Assembly (NCBI RefSeq): GCF_036588685.1 | Contig: NC_086379.1 | Location: forward strand, 48,484,001-48,548,000 | Direction: 5' to 3' | DNA: 64,000 nt | From: Mytilus trossulus | Lineage: Eukaryota | In this document: one piece after another, positions 63,291 through 64,000 of the stretch | How the letters are laid out: each line of letters starts with the position of its first letter | Numbering within the stretch: the stretch's first letter is position 1 | Program-made: the position numbers and the translations under genes | Notes under the pieces: model-generated | Databases searched by the model: none | Told to the model about the DNA's origin: nothing | Seen by the model: the letters and a program-made list of their open reading frames with translations, nothing else

Positions 63291-64000
63291 TCTGTGTATT
63301 TACTCATGAACCGTTCAACCAAAGCTTTTCAAATTAAGATATGCGAAGCTTTAGATAATACGGCGGACCAGTTTAGGTACAACCTACCAGCGTTTATTAC
63401 AACGCCCACTTCATCGATTACCAGTTTACTATATACCGATATCTACGTTAAACAGGACAGTTTTTGGAAAGTTTGCTATAGCTTGCTATAGCAATAAACT
63501 TTCTTAAGGCATCGGCCTAACTGGAAAAGAGACAACCTAACTTACTTTAGGAAGTGTGTCCTACTTCTAGATAATGTAGTACTGGTGTTTGAAAACTAAT
63601 AATAGAAAGATGCTTTTGAAATGTTGAGCTTTTCTATTTTAATAGCATACAGCTTGAATAAAAAATGTACTGAATTTTCATCGATAAATCAAATAATTCA
63701 ACTTCATTTGAAAGACGAACAAACACTACTTCGCGGATCTGCGCTACGCGGAAAGTAAAATCAATACACACACGAGACAGCAGTTTCTACGTTATGATTT
63801 TATCGGTATTCTTCAGACATGCGTCAGATCTATAAATGTGTGCCTCCAAACCGGAGTACTACAATCCCGGTTTCAAAGGTTTCTACCTTCCTCCGGTTGA
63901 AGAGAAAATTAATAGCGTGTTTAAAATATTTCATGAATGAACATTTTTCATCGCTTTATACTACGATTTTTACAAATTTCTATTCAATATGTAAAAGCCC

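Overview
AT-rich, intron-rich, repeat-dense eukaryotic DNA; the gene and repeat content suggest a bivalve mollusc such as Mytilus (inference). Three spliced host genes were rebuilt by hand on the minus strand. (1) A RIG-I-like DExD/H helicase with 11 exons in the window (20809->1123, C-terminus beyond the left edge). Its N-terminus is a DZIP3-type HEPN domain (RNKIIH motif) plus an Ig domain, not CARDs. (2) A two-exon CSKMT/METTL12-like methyltransferase (32177->27337). (3) A five-exon BDH1/RDH-like short-chain dehydrogenase (52553->36603). There is also a possible 107-aa two-TM orphan ORF. One helicase intron holds an apparently intact, very young tyrosine-recombinase retrotransposon (3270-8474; DIRS order, PAT-like: gag, RT-RNaseH-MT, YR, split direct repeats A1..B1-A2..B2) nested inside a TA-flanked MITE. 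That element carries a six-unit covarying hairpin array between pol and YR, complementary A/B repeat ends, and a predicted gag->YR splice. The dehydrogenase's last intron holds a 10-kb array of five ~2-kb Helentron-like units inside a MULE relic. Penelope-like elements, hammerhead-like motifs, Ginger, MITE, LINE and SINE-like remnants fill the rest. All calls come from manual reading and motif recognition; no searches were run.
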